64,000 nt of DNA from Patescibacteria group bacterium (lineage in GTDB: Bacteria > Patescibacteriota > Microgenomatia > UBA1400 > MFAQ01): positions 131,826-195,825 of the forward strand of contig CALRDV010000002.1 of assembly GCA_943355005.1 (NCBI GenBank). The letters run 5' to 3'. Position 1 is the first letter of the stretch. Each line of letters begins with the position of its first letter. Position numbers and translations under genes: made by a program. Of this stretch, positions 36,370 to 45,767 are shown in pieces. Under the pieces are notes generated by a model. It had not been told where the DNA came from. It worked only from the letters and a program-made list of their open reading frames with translations, and did no database searches.

Positions 36370-38055
36370 ATGAAGTATATATTTGTTTCCGGTGGAGTTG
36401 TTAGTGGATTAGGTAAAGGTATCACCTCCTCCAGTATCGGCACACTCCTTCAATCTCAGAGTTTAAAGGTATCCATAATGAAGATCGATATGTATCTAAA
36501 TATCGACGCCGGCACCATCCGTCCCCAGGAACACGGAGAGGTATTTGTCACTGAAGACGGTCTTGAAACAGATCAAGATCTCGGCAACTATGAAAGATTT
36601 TTAGGAATATCTCTAAGAAGAGAAAATTACATGACCGCCGGACAAGTATACAAATCAGTTATCGACCGCGAACGTGCTTTTGGTTACGAAGGAGAAGATG
36701 TTGAAGCTGTTCCTCATGTAACCGACGAAATCATAAACCGTATAACCAACTCCGGCAAAATAAATAACGCTGACATTGTCATTATCGAGCTGGGTGGCAC
36801 TGTCGGCGAATATCAGAATGGTATTTTCTTTGAAGCCAGCCGCATCCTCAAACTTAGAAACCCCAAAGATGTTCTCCAAGTCCATGTTACATATGTACCT
36901 TTCATCAAAACCATAGGCGAGCTGAAAAGCAAACCAGCTCAGCAATCAGTCCAGCTTCTTAACGGTATGGGTATTCAGCCGGACTTTGTAGTCATTCGAA
37001 GCGAACTGCCTATCGACCAAAAGCGGAAGGAAAAAATTGCTGTTTTTAGCAATCTAAATCAACAAGACATTATTAGCAATCCGGATATTCAAAGTATTTA
37101 CAGTCTACCGATGCTCTTCGAAGATCAAAGCTTTGCCGAGAAAATTATCAAAAAGCTAAGTCTTAAGAAAAGAAAAAATTCCTCAGGATTATTAGCTTGG
37201 AAAAAATTCGAGACTGCCCACCAAACATCGAAGAAGAAAATAAAAATTGCCTTAGTCGGCAAATACTTTACTACCGGTGATTACAAGCTGACCGATTCTT
37301 ATGTCTCCGTCATCGAAGCTATCAAACAAGCCGCTTGGACTCAAAGCTTAGATCCGGAACTGGAATGGATAGATAGTACCGAATTTGAAAGAGGAAATAT
37401 TAGCCTAAAAGAGTTCGCCGGCATTATTGTTCCTCAGGGTTGGGGTCACCGAGGAGTAGAAGGAAAACTGATGGCAGTCAAATACGCCAGAGAAAACAAA
37501 ATCCCCTATCTTGGTTTATGTTTTGGTATGCAGATGGCTACCATTGAATTCGCCCGCAATGTTTTGAAATTAAAAAATGCCAACTCTACCGAGGTGGATT
37601 CTAAAACCAAATACCCGGTCGTCCACGTCATGCCGGAGCAAGCCGAATATCTAAAGAAGAAACAATATGGCGGTACGATCCGTCTGGGATCCTGGCCTTG
37701 TCTTTTAAAGCCCGGCTCCACACTGTCAAAAATCTATGAAAAATATAGTATCAACCCAGACTCGCCTTGGTTAACAGACCGAAATATAAATGACACTTCC
37801 AAAAATAAAGCCCAACTCGTTTTCGAACGCCACCGCCACCGCTATGAATTCAATAACGAATATCGGGAAGTTTTCGAAAAAGCTGGTTTTGTTATCTCCG
37901 GTACTTCCCCTGATGGCAAACTTGTGGAAGCTATCGAGCTAAAAAATCATCCTTTCTTTATTGGTACTCAATTCCATCCGGAATATATTGCAAGACCTCT
38001 GACTCCACATCCCATCTTCATGGCTTTTATCCAGGCCTCTTCAAAGAAGAAATAA
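36370..38055 (+). CDS. pyrG: CTP synthase
   Basis: N-terminal KYIFVSGGVVSGLGKGITSSSIG, and a glutamine amidotransferase domain (GLCFGMQMATIEFARN ... H..YE). Confidence 0.95.
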   Translation: MKYIFVSGGVVSGLGKGITSSSIGTLLQSQSLKVSIMKIDMYLNIDAGTIRPQEHGEVFVTEDGLETDQDLGNYERFLGISLRRENYMTAGQVYKSVIDRERAFGYEGEDVEAVPHVTDEIINRITNSGKINNADIVIIELGGTVGEYQNGIFFEASRILKLRNPKDVLQVHVTYVPFIKTIGELKSKPAQQSVQLLNGMGIQPDFVVIRSELPIDQKRKEKIAVFSNLNQQDIISNPDIQSIYSLPMLFEDQSFAEKIIKKLSLKKRKNSSGLLAWKKFETAHQTSKKKIKIALVGKYFTTGDYKLTDSYVSVIEAIKQAAWTQSLDPELEWIDSTEFERGNISLKEFAGIIVPQGWGHRGVEGKLMAVKYARENKIPYLGLCFGMQMATIEFARNVLKLKNANSTEVDSKTKYPVVHVMPEQAEYLKKKQYGGTIRLGSWPCLLKPGSTLSKIYEKYSINPDSPWLTDRNINDTSKNKAQLVFERHRHRYEFNNEYREVFEKAGFVISGTSPDGKLVEAIELKNHPFFIGTQFHPEYIARPLTPHPIFMAFIQASSKKK

Positions 38056-38080
38056 CACGATATACTTAAGGTAGTTCTCT

Positions 38081-39136
38081 ATGGCTATTCAACAGCATCC
38101 ACTACCACAGGACATTAGCTCCTATCGCTTCCGCCTAATTGGCGATATGACTATCAAGCAGTTTGCCTCTCTTGGCATCTGTATTGTTTTAGCCATTATT
38201 GCGTACAGTATGCCCCTCCCTTTCTTTTTTAAATACCCTTTAGCCTTTATGTTTATCGTACTAGGCGTAGGTATGGCTTTTGTCCCCGTTCAAGGACGTT
38301 CTCTGGATGTTTGGATTCTTGCTTTTATCCGTTCCATTTATTCTCCGACTCAATATACATGGAAACGTTCTGAAGAAACTGTTTCAAATGAAATGTCTAT
38401 GAAGAGTAATGGAGTGGGTACTCAAGCAGTTACAAACGCCAGAATCGAACTCACCCAAGCTCCCGCTTCAGTCCCCAATACTCCATCTGTCTCCATCACC
38501 CCTCCTGCATCAGAGCCAAAAACAGAAGAGAGACTCGAAATAACTCCTCCACCATCCGTCATTGCGAACCCGCCTTCAGAGGGTGTGGCAATCCAGGCTA
38601 CAAATCAAACCGAAGTCCCAGTTCCTGAATTAGGAAAAATTATAACTTCCTTAGCCCCAGTAATACCTACCGAGCCGGAAAAACCCACCCAACCAATAAC
38701 ACTTACTGTCATTCCGGGCTTGACCCGGAATCCATCTGGTACATCAGACGCCCAATCGACACCATCCGTCATTGCGAGAGACCTACCCGCTGTGGAAGGA
38801 GCACGGCAATCTAGTTTACCAGCCACCCCATCAACTAACCCTCCCCAGCAAACCCAGCTCCCCATCCCCTACACCCCCACTACCCCAAACACTCTCGTTG
38901 GACTTACGTTGTCTCCGGAAGGTAAAATTTTGGACGGGGTCATGGTAGAAATTCAGAGAAACGGTCTAACTTCCAGAGCCACCAAAAGTAACAAACTTGG
39001 CCAATTTATGTTCGCCAGACCTTTGGAAAATGGCTTGTATCAAATCCTCGCCGAAAAAGATTCTTTTACCTTTTCACCATACTCTTTAGATCTTACCGGC
39101 ACTATTATCCGACCTCTTAAAATCCAAGCACAATAA
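38081..39136 (+). CDS. PrgI/VirB3-like membrane protein with C-terminal carboxypeptidase-regulatory-like domain. It contains in-frame palindromic repeat insertions.
   Basis: The N-terminus (YRFRLIGDMTIKQFASLGICIVLAIIAYSMP ... AFMFIVLGVGMAFVP) has the two-TM PrgI-like pattern. The C-terminus (LTLSPEGKILDGVMVEIQRNGLTSRATKSNKLGQFMFARPLENGLYQILAEKDSFTF) resembles a CarboxypepD_reg beta-sandwich. The central Pro/Thr linker includes VIPGLTRNPSGTS and PSVIARDLP, which are encoded by copies of the dispersed repeats. Confidence 0.45.
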   Translation: MAIQQHPLPQDISSYRFRLIGDMTIKQFASLGICIVLAIIAYSMPLPFFFKYPLAFMFIVLGVGMAFVPVQGRSLDVWILAFIRSIYSPTQYTWKRSEETVSNEMSMKSNGVGTQAVTNARIELTQAPASVPNTPSVSITPPASEPKTEERLEITPPPSVIANPPSEGVAIQATNQTEVPVPELGKIITSLAPVIPTEPEKPTQPITLTVIPGLTRNPSGTSDAQSTPSVIARDLPAVEGARQSSLPATPSTNPPQQTQLPIPYTPTTPNTLVGLTLSPEGKILDGVMVEIQRNGLTSRATKSNKLGQFMFARPLENGLYQILAEKDSFTFSPYSLDLTGTIIRPLKIQAQ

Positions 39137-39138
39137 TC

Positions 39139-39789
39139 ATGGCAGACAACGTTAAATCCTCCACCCAAGAAAGCCTCGATATTTACACTATCAAAAACCA
39201 TTTGGTTTTTCTCAAAGATGGTTCTTGTTCTCTGGTACTAAAAACTACCGCTATCAACTTCAATTTATTATCTGAAGAAGAACAAGACGCCACTATTTAT
39301 GGCTACGCCGGATTACTCAACTCTCTCTCATTTTCTATTCAAATCCTTGTTCGATCTCAACGAAAGAATATTTCCGATTATATAAATCTTCTGGATACCC
39401 GTATTCAAAGTACTCCTTCCCAAAAAGTCAAAGAACAGCTTCTTTCCTATCGTCAATTTGTAAAATCTCTAGTTAAAGAAAATCGCGTTTTGGAGAAAAA
39501 GTTCTATATTATTATTTCTTTCTCTGCTGTTGAGCTTGGAGTTACTAAATCAACCTTTAATCCGTTTGCCAAAACTCCCCAAAAACCTCCTTTTGATATC
39601 GAATATATTGAAGAAAAAGCCTCCATGGCTCTCTATCCTCGACGCGACCACATCATCCGACAATTTGCCAGAATTGGTCTCAAGGCAAGCCAACTCACCA
39701 CCAGCGAACTCGTCACACTCTTCTATACTATTTACAATCCTGGTAGCGTCACCCAACAAATCACTCCGGGTAAATCCGTCGCCTCCTAA
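39139..39789 (+). CDS. Hypothetical protein, possibly a separately encoded VirB4 N-terminal-like domain
   Basis: 216 aa, translationally coupled with both neighbours. Weak resemblance to T4SS ATPase N-terminal domains (LVFLKDGSCSLVLKTTAINFNLLSEEEQDA). Confidence 0.35.
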   Translation: MADNVKSSTQESLDIYTIKNHLVFLKDGSCSLVLKTTAINFNLLSEEEQDATIYGYAGLLNSLSFSIQILVRSQRKNISDYINLLDTRIQSTPSQKVKEQLLSYRQFVKSLVKENRVLEKKFYIIISFSAVELGVTKSTFNPFAKTPQKPPFDIEYIEEKASMALYPRRDHIIRQFARIGLKASQLTTSELVTLFYTIYNPGSVTQQITPGKSVAS

Positions 39790-39818
39790 ATCTTCTTTTC
39801 TTAAGTTATACTTAAAGC

Positions 39819-41693
39819 ATGGCTCTGAATCTATTTTCTCTTGGCAAAAAAGCCGCTCCGACAACAGCTGTTGAATCAACGGTACCAGCCAACACGCCTC
39901 CTCATAACTCCAACACTTCGGGGTTAAAGTCCACCGCTTCTAGCCAGTCAGTTCAAGATATTATTGCTCCATCGGCTGTCGAAGTAGATTTTTCTTTTAT
40001 CAAAATAGATGATAACTACGTCCGAACTCTTTTTGTCACTGGCTACCCGCGTTACGTTTCGGCTAATTGGCTCTCCCCCCTGATCAATTTCAACCACTCC
40101 TTGGATATTTCCATGTTTGTTTACCCCTCCGACTCCAAAGATACTTTAGATAGTCTCAGGCGACGCATTGCCGAAATGGAAGCAGAAATAAATACTGATA
40201 TCGAACGAGGTCGTATCCCCCGCGCTGCCACCGAAGCCGGATTAGAAGACGCCAAGGTTCTCCAATCTCAACTTGTTAAAGGAGCAGAAAGATTTTTTCA
40301 ATTCTCTTTGTATATCAGCATCTCCGGAGACTCAGTCAAAGAGCTAGACACTGTTACTGCTCAAGTTCAATCCATGTTGGCTTCCCTCCTTATCATCAGC
40401 AAGGTCGCCTCTTTATCTATGGAGGATGCTTTCAAAACCACTTTGCCGTATTGCAAAGATAAATTAATGTTAACTCGGAACATGGATACCACAGCCCTCT
40501 CTACTACTTTTCCATTTACATCTTCTGAACTCTCTGATAATCAAGGTATTCTTTACGGCGTCAACGCTCATAATGATTCTCTCGTAATTTTTGATCGCTT
40601 CTCTCTTGAGAATGCCAATATGCTCATACTCGCCACTTCCGGTGCCGGTAAGTCTTATGCAGTAAAGCTCGAAATTCTTCGTTCTCTTATGTTCGACTGC
40701 CAAGTTATTATTCTAGACCCGGAAAACGAATACGAAATGGTCACCAAATCTGTCGGTGGCAACTATCTCTCTTTCTCCACCGGTGCTACTCACAAAATTA
40801 ACCCCTTCCAAATCGCCAGACCACAAGATAGCAGTGAAGATGAGATGGGTTACAAATATCTTTTCCTTATGTCGCTTCTAAAAATCATGATTGGTGTCAT
40901 GGATCCTATTGAAGAAGCCACTATGAACCGCGCTTTAGTTCTCACTTATCGTCAGAAGGGCATTTCGGAAGATCCAACTACTCACATTCTGGAGGCACCC
41001 AGAATGGAAGATCTTTATCGTGCTCTTATCGGCATGGAAGAAAGTGTTTCCAAGACTTTAGCTGCCAGACTAGAAAGATATGTCATGGGTGGTGTAAAAG
41101 GTATTTTTGATCAGCAAAGCAATATCGACATCAATGCTCCCGTCACCGTTTTTACTTTAAGGGACACTGCCGACGAAATTCGCCCTATTATCATGTTTAT
41201 GATTCTAGACTTTGTTTGGAACCAAGTCCGCAAAGACTTACGCAAAAGAATTCTCGTTGTCGATGAGGCTTGGTACCTCATGAGATACGAAGATTCCGCC
41301 AAAATTCTTCAGGGTTTTGTCAAACGCGCACGTAAATATTACTTTGGTGTATCTATCATTTCTCAGAACGTCGACGACTTTCTTGGTTCAGCTTACGGCA
41401 AAGCTATTATTACCAACTCTGCCCTCAAACTCCTCCTTAAACAATCCTCAGCTGCCATCAATCAGATCTCTGAAGTCTTCTATCTCTCTCAAGGAGAGAA
41501 ACAACTTCTTCTCTCTGCTGGCCAAGGTGAAGGTATTTTCTTCGCCGGTATGAATCACGTAGCTATCAAAATTATTTCCTCTGCCGACGAACATGCACTT
41601 GCTACCAGTAAACCGGCCGAAATTCTCGAAGCCAGAAAGAAAGAAAAAGAAGCTCGAGAAGCTGAAATCGCAGCCGATAAAGCCAACACCTAA
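39819..41693 (+). CDS. VirB4/TrbE/CagE-family T4SS ATPase
   Basis: Walker A NMLILATSGAGKSYAV, Walker B RILVVDEAWYLM, and an N-terminal YVRTLFVTGYPRYVSANWL segment typical of the VirB4 family. 624 aa. Confidence 0.75.
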   Translation: MALNLFSLGKKAAPTTAVESTVPANTPPHNSNTSGLKSTASSQSVQDIIAPSAVEVDFSFIKIDDNYVRTLFVTGYPRYVSANWLSPLINFNHSLDISMFVYPSDSKDTLDSLRRRIAEMEAEINTDIERGRIPRAATEAGLEDAKVLQSQLVKGAERFFQFSLYISISGDSVKELDTVTAQVQSMLASLLIISKVASLSMEDAFKTTLPYCKDKLMLTRNMDTTALSTTFPFTSSELSDNQGILYGVNAHNDSLVIFDRFSLENANMLILATSGAGKSYAVKLEILRSLMFDCQVIILDPENEYEMVTKSVGGNYLSFSTGATHKINPFQIARPQDSSEDEMGYKYLFLMSLLKIMIGVMDPIEEATMNRALVLTYRQKGISEDPTTHILEAPRMEDLYRALIGMEESVSKTLAARLERYVMGGVKGIFDQQSNIDINAPVTVFTLRDTADEIRPIIMFMILDFVWNQVRKDLRKRILVVDEAWYLMRYEDSAKILQGFVKRARKYYFGVSIISQNVDDFLGSAYGKAIITNSALKLLLKQSSAAINQISEVFYLSQGEKQLLLSAGQGEGIFFAGMNHVAIKIISSADEHALATSKPAEILEARKKEKEAREAEIAADKANT

Positions 41694-41695
41694 CC

Positions 41696-44695
41696 ATGGC
41701 TAACTACGAAAAAGAAATTAAGGAAGCAGTTGGAGTCCTTGATTATCTCGATAGAAAAATCGATTACAACGAGGAACCAGAAGCCGCAAAATGGTTATCT
41801 TCTGGATTCTTTTACTACAAAGAATACTTTCGTTTAAACAAAAATCCAGAGTTCAAATTTGACCAAAAAGTCGAAAATTACGATTCTTTTCAAAAGAATG
41901 TAGAAAAACCAGTCTTCAACAAGATTATTCAATTTTATATTTCTCTACAGAATCTTCCGGATGAAGTTTATCGTAATGTTCCAATTCGTTTTTTAGGAGA
42001 ACCAGAATTAGTTAGTGATGGCAGAGTAAAGATAAAAATTCATTTTAATGAAATATTTGTCAGAGGGTTACTCTCAGACATTCCCAGCTATCTCGAACTA
42101 GATACAGGGTCTATTTCCAATATTGATGATGTCTTAAAAGTCGGAGATATTAAGACTCCAGACAATATAAAAGTAATAACCAGTGAAAATGAAATTATAG
42201 TTTCCCTTACAGACCTCCAAGAAAAGGAAACTCCTACTACAGTATCAACAACCGATGAAAAAATAAGTGAAGAAGAGGTAGCTGATACGAAAGAATTAAC
42301 AGAGCAGGCTAACCTTGAAGAAGAATCGATAAAACCCAAAGAACTGAATGTTGGCGATGCTGGAAGTGTCCCTCCCGAAATAGAAAGTCTTGTTGGTGAA
42401 TACAAAAAGAATCTTAATCGTTTAAATGAGCAAGAGATCAAAGATAATCATCAAAAATCCGTTGCAGAACAAGTAAAAATCGCAATTGAACACTCAAATC
42501 GACGAGAATTAATATTGGCGAACCGGCGAGAACGAGAAGCAAAGGGTGAAAAATTTCAAGACCCGGACCAGGTAATTGTTAGTTATGGCTCTCCTAAGGA
42601 CAACACTAAAGAGGATGCTCTTCAACTATCCTTTAATGCAATTGAACGAACGGCGACACTTTACAGTGGTTTCAAAACACTTCCTAAAAACATACAAAAA
42701 CAAATAGTCTTTCAGGCAGTAGAACTAAATACTATTGGAATTTTCGATTTGGATGCCGCTATTCAAACAGCTTCATACCAATTAGGAATTAAGGGTATAA
42801 CCTCACCTTTTGTCTCAAGTATCTTCGAAGAAATAGATCACGAGGACAACTTTTTAAAAGAAACCGAATCAAAACTTCATCAAAATGAAAAATCAATCGA
42901 TTTCTTGAAGTCTAAAAACACTCTTACCGAATCAGAACGACAGTCTCTTATTAAACTAATCAAGGAAAACGGAGATCTTTCGACAAACCTTGGAAAAATC
43001 CCCACAAATTTTAATAGTTTTCTTTTATCCAATGAAGACAAATTTAAAGAATATTCCAAAATCATAGACCACAAAGATGCTGATCCTAAAGACGTTCTAG
43101 ACCTAAAAGAAAACACTTTAGATGCCAACAAAAAGATACTATCTATCCAAAAAAACTTACTTCTTAACGGTATCCAACCTAAAACATTCACAGATTTAGA
43201 TAAAATTAATGGTCTCGCTGAAGCCATTCAAAAGGATTTAAAAGTTCTAAATAAAAACGCTACTTATGAAGGATCATATTCCGCAGCTGTTGTCGGAATG
43301 GCTCCTGGAGGCTCCGGCGAAGCCCTTGTAATTCTAAATTTTTCCAAAGGATTAACAGGTGAAACTCTTCGCAAAGCAGAGGCCTTTGCTTTAGCAAATC
43401 CAAAATCAGCTACAGCTATATTTTTAAGGAACAACACTAAGACCGTTGAGATTGCTCGAAGTTACATTAGAAAAATAGAAAATTCCCCTCTAGGAAAAGA
43501 AATTCTACCCGCTATAGGGAAAGCCAATTTTATTATTAGTGCAGTAACAAACCCCGTTGGAGCCTTAAAAAGCTGGGCCGGCAAAAAAGCCGGCGAACAA
43601 TTGGCTATCCGCATTTCGGAAAAAATTGGAAATGAAGTACTCAAAAATGCGGCAAATACCCTACTTACTCAAGGAATGAAGGGGGGGGTAAAAAAACTAG
43701 CATCAGAAGCGGCTACCAAAATGGCCGCTAAAGTTGCCACTTGGGCAGCGGTCAAACTCGGTATAAGTCTTTCAGCTGAATCCCTAAACGCTATCATGCC
43801 TGGTCTTGGAGTAATTGTGGATATTGTCATCCAAGCAATCATATGGGTTGCTGAAAAAACAATCGGTCAAGTTAAGAAAAATTTAGATTCTCTATGGAGA
43901 GAGATGGGCTGGGGAGAAGAATTCCGCACGCGAGATATCATAGTTCCTGTAGTAGCAGTCGTCGCAACAGCAACCACCTTCGTCATCGCCAAAGGTTTTA
44001 TTATAAAAAAAGCGACCCAAATAGCGGCCATCTCAGCTGTCAAGATACTCCTTTCCGCAGGAGGTTTTATTCTTGCTTATGTCATGTTCGCCTACCTTGT
44101 TGCTCCAATTCTATCCACTTTAGTCCAGTTCGACAGTCTCGAAAAAGTCGAGTACCCATCTGCAACATCAAACGAACCGGCTATTCCGGGGTGTCCGTCT
44201 CGATGGCCTGTCACAGGTTCATTCAGAATCACTCAAGGACCGGGTGGTAAATATTCACATTACAGCTCCGGATACGACCAATCTGTAGATATTGCTGCCC
44301 CATCAGGTACAACTGTATTTAGCACCTCAGATGGAATTGTCAGTTTTGCCGCCGTCTCCGGACCATATTTAAATACAAATGTTGTTTTTGTTGACTCTAA
44401 ATTACCAGACGGAAAGTCTTTTCAAGTTATCTATGCTCACTTAAGTTTTATGAAAGTACACAAAAACGACAAAGTTAAAGTTGGAGATATAATTGGATCT
44501 TCAGGTACAGCCGGCTCCGGAGCTCACTTACACTATGAGTACAAGGGGATTAAGTACAATCAGTGTCCGGCCGGAAACTTAAAATTAGCCGAAAACTGCG
44601 ATTCCCACTCAGTTCCGGGAGCAGGCTTCAGATGTGTACCCGACGTCGGCACCTTCTTATATACTAATGGTGGAGCTGGAATAGTAGGGCATTAA
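41696..44695 (+). CDS. Large (999 aa) membrane-associated protein with C-terminal M23 (LytM) peptidase domain, a putative T4SS-associated cell-wall hydrolase (VirB1 analog)
   Basis: The C-terminus has YDQSVDIAAPSGTTVFSTSDGIVSF ... YAHLSFMKVHKNDKVKVGDIIGSSGTAGSGAHLHYEY (HxxxD / HxH M23 metallopeptidase signature). There is a long coiled-coil/charged middle and TM helices around residues 740-790. Confidence 0.65.
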   Translation: MANYEKEIKEAVGVLDYLDRKIDYNEEPEAAKWLSSGFFYYKEYFRLNKNPEFKFDQKVENYDSFQKNVEKPVFNKIIQFYISLQNLPDEVYRNVPIRFLGEPELVSDGRVKIKIHFNEIFVRGLLSDIPSYLELDTGSISNIDDVLKVGDIKTPDNIKVITSENEIIVSLTDLQEKETPTTVSTTDEKISEEEVADTKELTEQANLEEESIKPKELNVGDAGSVPPEIESLVGEYKKNLNRLNEQEIKDNHQKSVAEQVKIAIEHSNRRELILANRREREAKGEKFQDPDQVIVSYGSPKDNTKEDALQLSFNAIERTATLYSGFKTLPKNIQKQIVFQAVELNTIGIFDLDAAIQTASYQLGIKGITSPFVSSIFEEIDHEDNFLKETESKLHQNEKSIDFLKSKNTLTESERQSLIKLIKENGDLSTNLGKIPTNFNSFLLSNEDKFKEYSKIIDHKDADPKDVLDLKENTLDANKKILSIQKNLLLNGIQPKTFTDLDKINGLAEAIQKDLKVLNKNATYEGSYSAAVVGMAPGGSGEALVILNFSKGLTGETLRKAEAFALANPKSATAIFLRNNTKTVEIARSYIRKIENSPLGKEILPAIGKANFIISAVTNPVGALKSWAGKKAGEQLAIRISEKIGNEVLKNAANTLLTQGMKGGVKKLASEAATKMAAKVATWAAVKLGISLSAESLNAIMPGLGVIVDIVIQAIIWVAEKTIGQVKKNLDSLWREMGWGEEFRTRDIIVPVVAVVATATTFVIAKGFIIKKATQIAAISAVKILLSAGGFILAYVMFAYLVAPILSTLVQFDSLEKVEYPSATSNEPAIPGCPSRWPVTGSFRITQGPGGKYSHYSSGYDQSVDIAAPSGTTVFSTSDGIVSFAAVSGPYLNTNVVFVDSKLPDGKSFQVIYAHLSFMKVHKNDKVKVGDIIGSSGTAGSGAHLHYEYKGIKYNQCPAGNLKLAENCDSHSVPGAGFRCVPDVGTFLYTNGGAGIVGH

Positions 44696-44697
44696 TT

Positions 44698-45720
44698 ATG
44701 AAAAACTTAAAAGAATTTTTCCAAAAAATTACTCAATCCCCAAAAATACTTGTACTTGTAGGTATTTTTCTGTTTTTCTTCATCATCGTACTTATAATTC
44801 TTTTTAGCGGTAAACCTACGGAAAAAGATGCCACTTCCATTACTCCAACACCTACACCGGTGGTCGGAATTATTACCATGGAGGAACCTGTCCCCACCCC
44901 AACGCTTAAAATTGTCTGGACTACTCAAGATTTAAATGTCCCAGAGACTATGGACATATTCTCTATTAAAAATCCTCTAATAAATCAAAAAACAGGCGAT
45001 CTTTTGGCTCAAAAGCTTGGATTCGAATCAAGCAACGAACAAGAATCTATCAGTGAAAATCTCCGGATCTGGTCAAAAGGCTCCGCTTCCATCATTCTCA
45101 ATTTTGAAGACAATTTACTTCAATACTCCGCAGGAACATTACCTCAACTAGCAGTACAAAACGTTACTGACGATACCTATTTTGTTACGGCCAGAAATTA
45201 CTCTCAGAATGTCTTTGGAATTGGTACAGCTCAGGGATTAATAAACCACAGTGTTACGTATTTAGATGAACACGACGCCCCCATTAGTTCGGATAAGGCA
45301 GTGGTCATTAGGGTTTCTTTTTACCAGTCGGTAAATGTTTTACCTGTAGCCACCATTTCACAATCAGGTGCAGTTTTCACCCTTTATCTAGACAAAAAAC
45401 TATCACTCCTAAGTATGTCCGTCAAAAATGCCTACTCAGAATTATCTTCGCTTGGCAAATTCAAGACAACGCCCCTAGTTGATTTAATAAGCAACTCGGA
45501 TTCCATGGCATTAAGAATAAATGCTTCCAGTAATCAAGATATCAGTTCAGAAATGGTGTCTTCAAAAACAATTACTTTTAATCAGGCTTCAGCCCAAACT
45601 GCCTATCTCTCAAAAGAAAATCAGTTAATACCAGTATATCTATTAAGTGGCACTGTTAGAGCCGGTATCGTTCAAAATCAACCTGGTCTATACATCCTCC
45701 CCATTATTCTTCCACAATAG
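44698..45720 (+). CDS. Membrane-anchored hypothetical protein, candidate VirB8-like component
   Basis: 340 aa: an N-terminal TM anchor (ILVLVGIFLFFFIIVLIILF), a PT linker, then a globular domain. The assignment is by position after the M23 protein and by the bitopic topology only. Confidence 0.3.
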   Translation: MKNLKEFFQKITQSPKILVLVGIFLFFFIIVLIILFSGKPTEKDATSITPTPTPVVGIITMEEPVPTPTLKIVWTTQDLNVPETMDIFSIKNPLINQKTGDLLAQKLGFESSNEQESISENLRIWSKGSASIILNFEDNLLQYSAGTLPQLAVQNVTDDTYFVTARNYSQNVFGIGTAQGLINHSVTYLDEHDAPISSDKAVVIRVSFYQSVNVLPVATISQSGAVFTLYLDKKLSLLSMSVKNAYSELSSLGKFKTTPLVDLISNSDSMALRINASSNQDISSEMVSSKTITFNQASAQTAYLSKENQLIPVYLLSGTVRAGIVQNQPGLYILPIILPQ

Positions 45721-45767
45721 AACTAATCGTTTTTTAGACTAAATATAAAATCTAAAATTAAAAATAT

